From positions 1 to 64,000 of the forward strand of contig CAWDLW010000025.1 in assembly GCA_963803145.1 (NCBI GenBank): a DNA stretch of 64,000 bases. The letters are read 5' to 3'. Below the pieces are notes generated by a model that was not told the origin of the DNA, made no database searches, and was given only the letters and a program-made list of their open reading frames with translations. Both the position numbers and the translations under genes were made by a program. Positions 52,250 to 62,207 of this stretch are shown here, in pieces. Numbering within the stretch: the stretch's first letter is position 1; every line of letters starts with the position of its first letter. Origin of the DNA: Methanotrichaceae archaeon. GTDB taxonomy: Archaea > Halobacteriota > Methanosarcinia > Methanotrichales > Methanotrichaceae.

Positions 52250-53557
52250 TTAACCCTTTTTGATGATCCTCCAAATGGCTATTATCCCGATGGTGTTTAC
52301 GAGTATTATCAGTATGATGCCGATAATCTTTCTAGTATCGTTTCCGTTTCCACTGGCGGCTGCTGCAAGATCGATTGAACACTCCCCATTCACGCATATG
52401 TTTAGAGATTTATCGCCGCTTGAAACTGTGTAAAGCCCGCGCTGCAATCCCTTGAAAATATAGTTATCATCACCGGAGGCGTTTGCTAATAGCTTTCCGC
52501 CATTATAGAGCGAGACCTCGCCTGATGCATTTGTCACAAGGAGGTCATAGCTGTCCTTGATGGGCAAAGGCCTGGATGAGGATATGTTCCAGGGCAGACC
52601 AAGCAGATCTAGAATCGTCGGGGCAATATCCTCCTCGAACCAGATGCCTCCCAGGTGAATCTCATCAACGCCAGGGCCGAATACGGCCAACGGAGTTCTC
52701 AGGCTTTCCAGGCGGTCGGAAAATTTGGCTGCTGAATGGCCACCCTTTCCTTTCTCGTCGGGAAATGACATGCCATGATCTGCGGTTACAAATAATAGCA
52801 CATTGTGCTTGCGGCATGTCTCAATCAGCTTCCCCAGGGGCGCATCCAGGCCCTTGATAATTTCAAGATAATCCTTTTGGCCGAGGCTCTGACCACCGCT
52901 GTCAACTGCACCCACGTTGATCATGAGGATAAATGGGCGATTTCCCATATTTTCAACAAGGTCTGAGGCAGCTTCAAGCCCCCAGCGGTTATATCCAATG
53001 TATGTCTCTGTTCCGTGCCCTACATCATACTCGGGAAAAGCATCGCGCCATCTCTCCAAGACCGCGCGTAAATCAGCAGGAAGATTCTTCTTGGCACTCA
53101 AAGATGCATTCGCATTATAGATTGAGTTGTTGCCGAAGTAGAGAACACCATCCTGTCTTATAAGCATCTCTCGAAAGTCGGCATGTTGAAGAATCGCCAA
53201 GGAAAGATAACCATTCTCATGCGCCACATCAAAGATCGTTCTTCCTAAAGATTCAGAATCTGCCTGCACTGAGCCTGCAACAATAATGCTATGGCTTTTC
53301 AATGTCTCAGGGACTCTTGAGCGCATATCGAGCACTCTTGCGCCATCGCCTGTGAGATTGAAAAGAATGGTTTTGCTGAGCTGTATTCCATCCATTGTAT
53401 AAGGACTAAACTCGCGCTCAGGGTAGACATAAGAGGCGCCGAGACCATCTACAACCAGGAGAACTGCACCTATGGGATGCTGCTCCTCGCTGACCTGAAC
53501 ATCCAGTGCACTGCCTGTGCTTAATAAGAGTAATAAAACAAGCAAATGCAGGATCAT
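52250..53557 (-). CDS. Alkaline-phosphatase/metalloenzyme-superfamily surface protein
   Basis: LLVVDGLG, VTADHG, DIAPTILDLLG; signal peptide and C-terminal TM helix. Confidence 0.8.
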   Translation of the reverse strand: MILHLLVLLLLLSTGSALDVQVSEEQHPIGAVLLVVDGLGASYVYPEREFSPYTMDGIQLSKTILFNLTGDGARVLDMRSRVPETLKSHSIIVAGSVQADSESLGRTIFDVAHENGYLSLAILQHADFREMLIRQDGVLYFGNNSIYNANASLSAKKNLPADLRAVLERWRDAFPEYDVGHGTETYIGYNRWGLEAASDLVENMGNRPFILMINVGAVDSGGQSLGQKDYLEIIKGLDAPLGKLIETCRKHNVLLFVTADHGMSFPDEKGKGGHSAAKFSDRLESLRTPLAVFGPGVDEIHLGGIWFEEDIAPTILDLLGLPWNISSSRPLPIKDSYDLLVTNASGEVSLYNGGKLLANASGDDNYIFKGLQRGLYTVSSGDKSLNICVNGECSIDLAAAASGNGNDTRKIIGIILIILVNTIGIIAIWRIIKKG

Positions 53558-53671
53558 TGGAGACTTATCGATAATCTTGTAGGATTTATCTCTATCTCTT
53601 TCAGGCTTACTTTATGGATCTTCTAAGGATCGATGCTTTGATTAGCATTAACAATCATTAAGCCGATTGGC

Positions 53672-56383
53672 ATGCCGCCAGATACCTCATCGCCCATAGG
53701 CTTCAAGGTTTTGGTAATAGTATCCCGACCTTTGGATCTCAAGGACCTCCCGAACATTGCAGACCAGTGGGCCCTGCTCGATGGTTTGAGGAGAGTCAAT
53801 GCCCCCGCATACCTGAAGATTCTCCGGCCGCCCACAGTGGAAGGCCTCCGCACAGAAATCCTGAGCGGTTACGATATTGTTCACTTTGATGGACATGGCT
53901 CCTTTGGAGTGCGCTGCTCAGGCTGTGGCTGGCTCAATCCATCAGGAAGCGGGGCGTGCGGCCGATGTGAAGCCATTCTAGAAAACCAGGATGCTAAAGG
54001 CCACTTTTTCTTCGAGCGGGAAGATGGGAAGTTCGATTCTTTAGCTGCGGATGAGCTGGCGGAGATCATCATGAGCGATCCAGGATCTACTACAAAACTA
54101 GTCTTCTTGAGCGCATGCGAATCTGCCAAGGGAGGAGAATCCAGTCTCATGAATGCGCTGATAAAGAAGGGCGTTCCTGCAGTTCTGGGAATGAATGAAA
54201 CCGTCCCGGCCAGGGCGACCATGGCCCTGGCAGCCCCCTTCTATGCCGGTCTGGGAGCAGGAATGACCATAGCCAGAGCCTTCCAGGCCGCCCTGCCAGC
54301 CCTGAAGCGATTGGATGACGGCGCTGATCTTCAGAAAATCCCTATGTTGGATGGGCCAGGAAAGGAGATACGCCTTCTATCCTCCAAGGTTGCTGGAAAG
54401 GTAAGCTTCGATATCGAGCCACTTTTTGGGGTTCCGAGCCACGAGTTTGTGGGAGATTACATACGCAGCGATCTGCCTCGTGGTCGGAAGGGATTTGTCT
54501 CACGAGCTATAGACGCACTTCAGGGAGGAGAAAAGCTCGTCGTCCTCACAGGCCAAGGCGGAATAGGCAAAACTGTACTCGCGGCCGAGGTTGCACGGCG
54601 ATTGGTCTGGCGCTATCAAGGTGGAATCTTTTGGCGGAGTGCTGCCGATATGAAGCAATTGGGCTTGAATGAAGTGCTGGACGCTTTTGCCAGTGTCTTC
54701 GGCCCCGAGTTCCGCACGCTTCCCATCGACGCTAAACGCGATCAGGTTCTTAGTTATCTGCGAAATTACGACACCTCCAGCCTCTTAGTAGTGGACAACG
54801 CTGAGAATGTGCAGGACGAAAACCTCTGGCGTTTCCTGGAGAGCATCTCGCAGCCCAGTGCAGCTCTCGTAACCACACGGATAAGCCTGCCCCGAGAGGG
54901 CCGAGAGATCCGCGTGGAGGAGATGGAGCCGTTTGAGGCAGCCAGGCTCTTTATTAAAGAGGCCAGGCAGCGCTCACCCAAGTGGGGAGAGCACCTGAGC
55001 AGCGAAGATACAGACTGCTTGGACGAGATATCCCGCATACTCCACGGCCATCCGCTAGCTATCAAGCTGGTGGCTCCCCTGGTGGCAAGCAGAAGTTTGA
55101 CCAGCATTCGGGATGAACTTCGAAGAAATCCACCCAAAGGAGTATTAGATCGCTTTGACGTCTCTTACGCAGGCCTAACTGAGAGCCAGAAGGAACTGTT
55201 CCGCCGAATGGCTGTTTTCTATAGCTCTGTGATGGATCATGCAATTAAGGACGTGTGCTTGGATAGTGTCCAGAAAGATGATTTATCGATCTCAGATGGG
55301 GATCTCGGCGAGCTAGTCGGGAAGTCCTTTGTGGACAGAATTGAGGTTTCTGCTCAGGACGAATTAGGTAACGAGTCTATCGTTTATCGCTACCGCCTTC
55401 ATCCTCTCACGCGCCAGTATGCTATTGCTAAGGCTGGGGAGGATGTTTTGGCCAAGTATCGTGCTAGAGCCGCAAAGTACTTCCTGGGTTATGCTCAGCA
55501 TTTCCGTGAAAACTTCAACATGCTGGAGTGGGAGCGGGAGAATATCCTAGCTGGGATGGACTGGGCAGTGGAACAGCAGAGATCGGCATCCAATGAGGAG
55601 CTAGAGTCCGCTTCCTCCTGTGTTCTCCAATTCATGTTTGCCATTGATGATTATTTAGATACTAGAGGCTACTGGTCCGAATACGGACTGCGTCTTAGTC
55701 AGGCCATTGATGCTGCTGATGCTACTGAAGATAGAAAAGAGAAATCCATTTGGTTGTGTAACCTTGGAACTCTGGCTCAAAAGACTGGTGACTATGATGA
55801 GGCTCGTAAGCTCTACCAGCAGAGCCTAAAAATCTATCAGGATCTGGATGATAAAAAGGGCGCTTCTTATGTACTAGGAAATCTGGGCGTATTGGCTCAG
55901 ACAAATGGCGATTATGATGAGGCTAGACAGCTGTACCAACAAACTATAGATGTGGCAAACCAGCTTGAGGATAAAAGCAGCCTATCGAGGGGACTGCACC
56001 AGCTGGGTAACTTGGCCTATATGATCGGCGACTACGACGAGGCTCGTGGACTCTACCAGCAGAGCATGGAGATCAAACAGGCTCTGGGCGACAAGAGCGG
56101 GGTTTCCAGGTCACTGCACCAGTTGGGCATTCTGGCTCAAGACACGGGCGACTACGACGAGGCTCGCAGGCTATACCAGCAGAGCATGGAGATCGATCAG
56201 TCTCTGGGCGATAAGAGTGGCGTTTCCAAATCATTGCATCAACTGGCACTGCTTGAGGAGAGAACCGGGAATGTGAAAGAGGCATTGAGGCTAATCCGCC
56301 AAGCTGAGATAGCGTTCAAGGGACTAGGCAGCCCTTACGAGAAGCAGGCTCGTCAGGTTAGAGAAAGACTTGAGAGAAAGTGA
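53672..56383 (+). CDS. CHAT protease - STAND (NB-ARC-like) NTPase - TPR protein
   Basis: VHFDGHG and FLSACES (His/Cys dyad), GQGGIGKT, LLVVDNAE, GHPLAI, RLHPL, five TPRs. Confidence 0.92.
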   Translation: MPPDTSSPIGFKVLVIVSRPLDLKDLPNIADQWALLDGLRRVNAPAYLKILRPPTVEGLRTEILSGYDIVHFDGHGSFGVRCSGCGWLNPSGSGACGRCEAILENQDAKGHFFFEREDGKFDSLAADELAEIIMSDPGSTTKLVFLSACESAKGGESSLMNALIKKGVPAVLGMNETVPARATMALAAPFYAGLGAGMTIARAFQAALPALKRLDDGADLQKIPMLDGPGKEIRLLSSKVAGKVSFDIEPLFGVPSHEFVGDYIRSDLPRGRKGFVSRAIDALQGGEKLVVLTGQGGIGKTVLAAEVARRLVWRYQGGIFWRSAADMKQLGLNEVLDAFASVFGPEFRTLPIDAKRDQVLSYLRNYDTSSLLVVDNAENVQDENLWRFLESISQPSAALVTTRISLPREGREIRVEEMEPFEAARLFIKEARQRSPKWGEHLSSEDTDCLDEISRILHGHPLAIKLVAPLVASRSLTSIRDELRRNPPKGVLDRFDVSYAGLTESQKELFRRMAVFYSSVMDHAIKDVCLDSVQKDDLSISDGDLGELVGKSFVDRIEVSAQDELGNESIVYRYRLHPLTRQYAIAKAGEDVLAKYRARAAKYFLGYAQHFRENFNMLEWERENILAGMDWAVEQQRSASNEELESASSCVLQFMFAIDDYLDTRGYWSEYGLRLSQAIDAADATEDRKEKSIWLCNLGTLAQKTGDYDEARKLYQQSLKIYQDLDDKKGASYVLGNLGVLAQTNGDYDEARQLYQQTIDVANQLEDKSSLSRGLHQLGNLAYMIGDYDEARGLYQQSMEIKQALGDKSGVSRSLHQLGILAQDTGDYDEARRLYQQSMEIDQSLGDKSGVSKSLHQLALLEERTGNVKEALRLIRQAEIAFKGLGSPYEKQARQVRERLERK

Positions 56384-56414
56384 AAATGATCTATAGCGAT
56401 CAAGGTGTATTATA

Positions 56415-56627
56415 ATGTTAAAAATTCTCTGCCGGAATAATAACTGCGCCGCTCTAAATCATATCTTCCAGTGGAACGAGCGTCCCCACCTGGAAGCGGA
56501 AGGCAGACTAGCGAAGGAGGGAGACGAGGGAGCTGTCTCATTCGTTGTGAAATGCACCTCCTGCGGCACTAAGAACAAGATCTGGGTGACGAAGGTCAGA
56601 ACGATTGGTGTAACGAGGAAGCCCTGA
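56415..56627 (+). CDS. Small Zn-ribbon protein
   Basis: CRNNNC...CTSCG; operonic spacing. Confidence 0.7.
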   Translation: MLKILCRNNNCAALNHIFQWNERPHLEAEGRLAKEGDEGAVSFVVKCTSCGTKNKIWVTKVRTIGVTRKP

Positions 56628-56628
56628 A

Positions 56629-57102
56629 ATGGCAGGTGTGGCAGGCGCTCCGGATGCCATAGGCGAAGATGTCACAGAGCTGGATGAGTTCTGGCTGGAG
56701 ACTGCCCGGACTGCAGTAAAGGAGTCCATAGGCTCCCTGGAGGAGGCTGCCAAGCAGCTCATAACTGCTGTGACGCTTGTGGAAGGCATCTACTTCGCTG
56801 CAGTCTCCTTCAGCGATCTGAAGAAGATATTGGCAGTTGCGGGATTAGATGCATGGGTGAGGATAGCAATCTTCGTCAGCCCAATCGTTATCTGGCTGAT
56901 CTGTCTGTTCTTTGCAGTGAGGGTCTTTACTCCTGAGAACTACAAGACCAATCTTAGTTCGCCCACACTTGCAGAGCAGGTTTATCGGGATATTGTCGGT
57001 TACAAGCATAAGAATTTGAAAAGAGCTTACTGGGCCCTACTGATCGGGTTTGTGCCGCTTATAATAGCCATTATCTATTACCTGAAATTGCTGGACGTCT
57101 AA
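56629..57102 (+). CDS. 3-TM membrane protein (Pycsar-effector-like topology)
   Basis: Starts 1 bp after the upstream stop; LEEAAKQL-TM-TM-P..Y...K...L-TM. Confidence 0.7.
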   Translation: MAGVAGAPDAIGEDVTELDEFWLETARTAVKESIGSLEEAAKQLITAVTLVEGIYFAAVSFSDLKKILAVAGLDAWVRIAIFVSPIVIWLICLFFAVRVFTPENYKTNLSSPTLAEQVYRDIVGYKHKNLKRAYWALLIGFVPLIIAIIYYLKLLDV

Positions 57103-57395
57103 AGTTGGCTTGATTGCCAGGTGAAAAATGGTGTGCCGATACGGTTAACCTGATGAGAGATGGCTACACCTGACCGAGGAGCATTCGGAGATGGCAGGTT
57201 ATTGTGCCGGTGTTCTGGAGACCGTGGAAGATCCTGATACTTATCGAGCAATTGAAAAATAGGGTCGTGTCTGTGAGTTATTGATAATCGCTAACGAATG
57301 GCACAATTGATGCTCTTTGATAAAATGAAACTCGTGTGTGCGATTTCTGCAAGAACTTTCAGTAATCCACACCCACGACCAAAAATAGAAGGATC

Positions 57396-58583
57396 TTAGA
57401 AATCGGTCATGATCCTGTACTGATCGATCTCCGTCTGCTTGAGTGCAGCCAGGAACCTCTCTGCCATATCTTTTATGTCCTTGGATCTGGTTATGGCTCT
57501 GCCTACTACGAGTATATCTGCGCCTGCTGCTAGAGCCTGGCCGACGGTATCTACGCGGATTCCGCCTGCAACTGCAACAAGCAGCCTATGCTCCTTCGAG
57601 GAGAGTGCCTTGATATCAGGTATCTGGTCCCAGGCATGGGCGCTGTTCTCCATATCTATGGCTCTGTGAAGTTCGACTACATCAGGAAGGACTTCTATGC
57701 TCTTGAGAACCTGCAGCGGATTTGGAACATTTAGCATATCTATAATTGAGTATATGCTCGTCTTCCTTGCCTCATTTATCGCTAGCTCAAGGGTCTTCTT
57801 GGGCGCTAAGCCTGAGATCACGACAGCATCTGCAGTTGAATCCGCGGCCAGCCGTACCTCAAGGTTGCCTGTATCCAAAGTCTTCAGGTCGAGGATGACG
57901 AATGAGCCGGGCCTGATTGATCTGATCTCCTTGACAACTTGGATCCCAAGCATTTTCGCTAAAGGCGTTCCAACCTCGATGAGAAGATGATCGCTCTCAG
58001 GAAGCTCGCAGAGAACCCTTCTAACCTCAGCGATGTCCACAAGATCAAAGGCCACCTGAAGGTACGGCGGGTCCCATAGGCGTGTAACTCTGAATCCCAT
58101 GATCGGATGAGTTGACCTGTCCTTTTCGTAGAGCACCTTATCTATATCAGGGAAGCCTGCCATTGCCCTCTGAAGGGCAAGCTTTGTTGCACCATAGTTA
58201 TAGCGGTAAATGGCATCATAGTCCTTTGCTGCAGGATGTATGAACACAGATACTATTACTGCCAACTCCTCGACCCTATCCTTGGGAATTATGCCTTCAG
58301 CCACAGAATCGGCCACCGCTTTTGCAACTGCCATTTGCGCAGGCCCGAAGATCTGGGCCGCCTGTTCCATATTCTTTACAGTGACCTTGGGAACTATAAG
58401 CGTAGACGGTTTTGGCGGAAGGTTTGGCCGTATAACCCCCAAGAGTGGGGTATGTCCTGCAGAGAGCTGGGTAAGGCCATTTGCAAATGCAGTTCCAACA
58501 GGCCCATCCTTCTCCCCTATAATCAGGTCTATGTGAGCTATCTCAGGCTCTTTGCCGATCAGAGCCTCTCCAACTAAAAACAA
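57396..58583 (-). CDS. fae-hps: Bifunctional formaldehyde-activating enzyme / hexulose-6-phosphate synthase
   Basis: VGEALIG..PEIAHIDL, GPAQMAVAKAV, YNYGAT, IEVGTPL, DLKTLDTG; AGGAGGTG SD before TTG 58583. Confidence 0.95.
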   Translation of the reverse strand: MFLVGEALIGKEPEIAHIDLIIGEKDGPVGTAFANGLTQLSAGHTPLLGVIRPNLPPKPSTLIVPKVTVKNMEQAAQIFGPAQMAVAKAVADSVAEGIIPKDRVEELAVIVSVFIHPAAKDYDAIYRYNYGATKLALQRAMAGFPDIDKVLYEKDRSTHPIMGFRVTRLWDPPYLQVAFDLVDIAEVRRVLCELPESDHLLIEVGTPLAKMLGIQVVKEIRSIRPGSFVILDLKTLDTGNLEVRLAADSTADAVVISGLAPKKTLELAINEARKTSIYSIIDMLNVPNPLQVLKSIEVLPDVVELHRAIDMENSAHAWDQIPDIKALSSKEHRLLVAVAGGIRVDTVGQALAAGADILVVGRAITRSKDIKDMAERFLAALKQTEIDQYRIMTDF

Positions 58584-58675
58584 ATGTTCACCTCCTGATC
58601 GAGAGGTCCATAGCCCTATTAATCCTTTTTCCAATATCCCTTTAGCAGGCAAACTCCATAGGTCTACTTAATAGT

Positions 58676-59860
58676 CTATATTAACTGCCAATAGATCAGG
58701 GGTGCAAGTGCCAAGAGGGCTATACCTGTCACAAGCCTTATACCAGCTCGGTAGTCCTTTCTGTAGGCATCCACCTGCTCGGGGCTCATGCCTAGGGCGA
58801 TGAATCCGCCAAGGATGATTATGGGCAGAATAATCCCTATGTTATAGAACAGGAGATAAACTGAGCCTTCGAAGTAGCTCTTAGAGGATATAAGGTCAAG
58901 TATCGCGAGGTAAACAGCACCGACGCAGGGCGCCTTAACAAGTGAGAACAGCGCCCCTATCAGGAAGTAGGAGCTGTGTTTTCCGCTCGTTACCCCAGCC
59001 TTCACATATTTTAGCGCCCAATCAGTGCGGAATAATGAGTTCTTTCCTGCTCTCAGCCTTCTCCAGTCCTCGACATGCGCCAGGCCAAGAACGACAAGGA
59101 AGACGACTAGGATATACCTGAAGCCTGATTCTAATGCCTCGCCCTGAAGAAGATGCTGCATCCCGAGGCCGAAGAGGAAGTACATTGTGAATATTCCAAG
59201 GGAAAAGGAAATTATCATCGTAATAAGTTCACGCTTTCTCCCTGCGCTTGATAGGACCGAAGCTGCAAGAAATACCAGGATCCCTAAGAGGCAGGGGTTA
59301 AAGCCCGCGATCAGCCCTGCAGCCAGAACCATGGAGACAGTAGAGAGTGAAAGCTGCCCTAGGCTTATATCTGAGATGCCGCCGGTCAGATTGAAGCTTT
59401 GGTTCGTTTGATTACTGCTGTTGAGATTATTAGTACTGAGATTATTATTCGAATTGTTTTGATATTGATTTATATTCTGTATGATGCTCTCGTTGGTGCT
59501 TGTATTGGCAAGAGCCTCGCGGATCATTCTATCAAGCTTGCCGGTATCTCCGTCGTAGGTCTTGTAGCCGATAACCGTATGGCCGATTATTACAGAGGGT
59601 ATATCCGATTTTACCTTGTACTCCTTGATGATCCTGTGTCCCTCATCTGTGAAATAATCATACTTAACGAGAGTTATACTCTTGTTCTCGGCCATAATGC
59701 TGTCTATAGTTCTCTCTGCAGCGGCGCATTTCGGACAGCCGGGCGATTTAAGCAGTATAATTTCTGTGTTTGCGCTTGCCAGGCTAACTAATAGAGGCAG
59801 GGCCAGAACCAAAATAAGCATAAGCATTGCTCTGTAGGACTTCAAGCCAAAGGCACGCAT
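58676..59860 (-). CDS. Thioredoxin-like + CcdA/DsbD transmembrane protein
   Basis: CPKC, GFNPC, KAPCVG; multiple TM helices. Confidence 0.85.
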   Translation of the reverse strand: MRAFGLKSYRAMLMLILVLALPLLVSLASANTEIILLKSPGCPKCAAAERTIDSIMAENKSITLVKYDYFTDEGHRIIKEYKVKSDIPSVIIGHTVIGYKTYDGDTGKLDRMIREALANTSTNESIIQNINQYQNNSNNNLSTNNLNSSNQTNQSFNLTGGISDISLGQLSLSTVSMVLAAGLIAGFNPCLLGILVFLAASVLSSAGRKRELITMIISFSLGIFTMYFLFGLGMQHLLQGEALESGFRYILVVFLVVLGLAHVEDWRRLRAGKNSLFRTDWALKYVKAGVTSGKHSSYFLIGALFSLVKAPCVGAVYLAILDLISSKSYFEGSVYLLFYNIGIILPIIILGGFIALGMSPEQVDAYRKDYRAGIRLVTGIALLALAPLIYWQLI

Positions 59861-59977
59861 CAGAAAACCTACGTTGTCGAAGATATATAAAAGGAGATAC
59901 CATTGAGGAATTGAAAAAGCATTAATAGGCGCTCATACTAAAAAAGTATTAAGAGGCAGTTATACTTAGGGTTATAA

Positions 59978-60553
59978 TTAATCTGCCGTAGTATAAACTA
60001 ATGACGCCTTTTCGGGTGTCGTCTTTGAGAACTCTATCGAGGTGCTATCATCTGCAACCAATACTATAGAGTATCCACACTCAAGGCATTTCTTAACTGC
60101 CATTTTTATGATGGGTGTTACATCAACAGTGTACTCGCCCGGTTTTTCTATAGTTAAATTAGCAGACGTGGTGACATCGGAATCGGGCTTATCCGTCCAT
60201 GTCACAGTTTCCAGTGTTGCCCCCGAAACAAAGTAGGCCGTAACCTTGCCCGGTTTCTCTACATTATTGGCGTAAAGCTTTAGAGTTGCAGATTGAATCT
60301 TATCCGGGGTGGATGCTGAATTTGTTATAAAATCGTTGACAAAGCTTAGGTATGTCTCCTTTGTGGGCTTTCCATCCACAGATGAAACCCAAAGAGTATT
60401 ATTCCCACTAAAGCTTTCATTTGCTTTCGCAGCATCGACATAGGTGCCCACATCTAAGCTTGGGCTGAAACTTCCTGCTTCAGCTGATGTTACGCTAAAA
60501 AGAACCGCCAGTCCAATTAGGACATACAAATATCTCAAACCAAATACCTCCAA
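59978..60553 (-). CDS. Secreted DNRLRE/CBM96-like domain protein
   Basis: DVGTYVD, ETYLSF, SATLKLY, VTW..KP, VDVT. Confidence 0.65.
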   Translation of the reverse strand: MEVFGLRYLYVLIGLAVLFSVTSAEAGSFSPSLDVGTYVDAAKANESFSGNNTLWVSSVDGKPTKETYLSFVNDFITNSASTPDKIQSATLKLYANNVEKPGKVTAYFVSGATLETVTWTDKPDSDVTTSANLTIEKPGEYTVDVTPIIKMAVKKCLECGYSIVLVADDSTSIEFSKTTPEKASLVYTTAD

Positions 60554-60715
60554 GATAACAGGATATCCTGTAAATAAAAAACCTTTATGTTCATATGCGA
60601 CTTATATAAGTGCCTATAGTCCATAATAAGAGCCTCGCTCAACTGAAACATTGTTCTCTCGACAATCTACTAAGAAAAATGCCCTACGTTAGGTTTATTA
60701 ACTACACAACTTCTC

Positions 60716-62197
60716 TTGACAGCGGGTGGTTGCTTGAGAATTGCGGCTTATTCGAATTATATTATCTGCATAGTGCTGCTGCTGCCTACGATCGCGAATG
60801 CAGCGACAATTGACGTGAACTCAAATTTACAGGCTGCTATAGATGCCGCGTCTTCCGGCGATACAATAAGAGTGGCTCCGGGAGTGTACGATAATATAGA
60901 GATAACAAAGAGTCTCACCCTCGTCGGCGACGGCGCAGTGATCAATGGAGACGAGCGCAATGCATGCGTACGAGTACTTGCAGACGGAGTGAGCATCTCT
61001 GGCTTCGTCGTAAGAAACGGCTTTTACGGAATAAGCCTGGATACCGTAAAAAACTGCAGGATTTACAAGAACACAGTCATCTATTGCGCGCAGCCAGGAA
61101 TCATGCTGAAGTTCTCCAATAATAACATCGTTGAGGGCAATAATGCGAGCTTCAATGGCCTTGGAGGCGAAGGCTGGTATGGAATATACCTCACGAACTC
61201 GAACGGGAACGAGATAATCGGCAATGCGGCTTATGGCAATGGAGCCTACGGCATCAATCTCTTCCCGTCCTGCAATAATAATACTGTCAGGGGAAACATT
61301 CTACAGGGGAATATGTATGGCCTTTACATGTTCACAGATTGTAGCAAAAACCTGATACAGTCCAATACAATGACTAAAAATACTAATTCGGGGATGGATA
61401 TACGCTTCAACTGCCATGACAACCTTATACTCAACAATACCATAGATAACAACGTCGTCGCAGGCATAACTTTCATGGAGAAATCGGGCAATAATACCAT
61501 AAGAGGAAATACGATCTCAGGCAATGAGCGTTATGGCATCCAGATTCAGAGCGATTCAAACGATAACACCATCAACAATAACACGATATCACAGAGCCAA
61601 ACCGGCATATTCCTTGATGCCAATGGCAACCGAATTTATAGTAATAATATTATGGACAACGTAGTACAAGCAGAGGATCGGGGTGAGAATACATGGAACG
61701 CGGCTTACCCCGTGGGCGGCAACCTCTGGAACGACTATATTGGCGAGGATAAAATGAGTGGTCCAGGACAGAATAAGCCCGGAAGCGACCACTTTGGGGA
61801 TACACCCTACAAGATCAACGAAAAGGCAGTGGATAAATATCCCATAATGGGTAAACAAGTTCCTCAGATTACGATAGTTGATAAAATCGTGTCTCCGACG
61901 AGTGCCATGATAGGAGATAATATAGATATAAAGGCAAAGATTGCCGCAAAATATGGCATCGCTCAAGTAACTGCGCGCGCCTTTACTCTCAAAGGAGTTG
62001 AAGCAGAGGCATATTGCCGCATGGTACAATCGGGCGATTATTATACAGGATCCCTCTCAACTGCGCTTCTGGACCCAGGAAGCTATGATGTGGTCCTGGA
62101 CGCCAGGGATATGAGAGGATATGAGATGAAGGAGACCTTGGGGGAGATAAAGGTTGTATCAAGAGATGGCTTCGGATCATCTATACCGAGCAAATAG
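60716..62197 (+). CDS. Secreted parallel beta-helix (NosD/CASH) protein
   Basis: LQAAIDAASSGDTI, Asn-rich repeats, GGNLWNDY. Confidence 0.85.
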   Translation: MTAGGCLRIAAYSNYIICIVLLLPTIANAATIDVNSNLQAAIDAASSGDTIRVAPGVYDNIEITKSLTLVGDGAVINGDERNACVRVLADGVSISGFVVRNGFYGISLDTVKNCRIYKNTVIYCAQPGIMLKFSNNNIVEGNNASFNGLGGEGWYGIYLTNSNGNEIIGNAAYGNGAYGINLFPSCNNNTVRGNILQGNMYGLYMFTDCSKNLIQSNTMTKNTNSGMDIRFNCHDNLILNNTIDNNVVAGITFMEKSGNNTIRGNTISGNERYGIQIQSDSNDNTINNNTISQSQTGIFLDANGNRIYSNNIMDNVVQAEDRGENTWNAAYPVGGNLWNDYIGEDKMSGPGQNKPGSDHFGDTPYKINEKAVDKYPIMGKQVPQITIVDKIVSPTSAMIGDNIDIKAKIAAKYGIAQVTARAFTLKGVEAEAYCRMVQSGDYYTGSLSTALLDPGSYDVVLDARDMRGYEMKETLGEIKVVSRDGFGSSIPSK

Positions 62198-62207
62198 GGG
62201 GAGTGTC

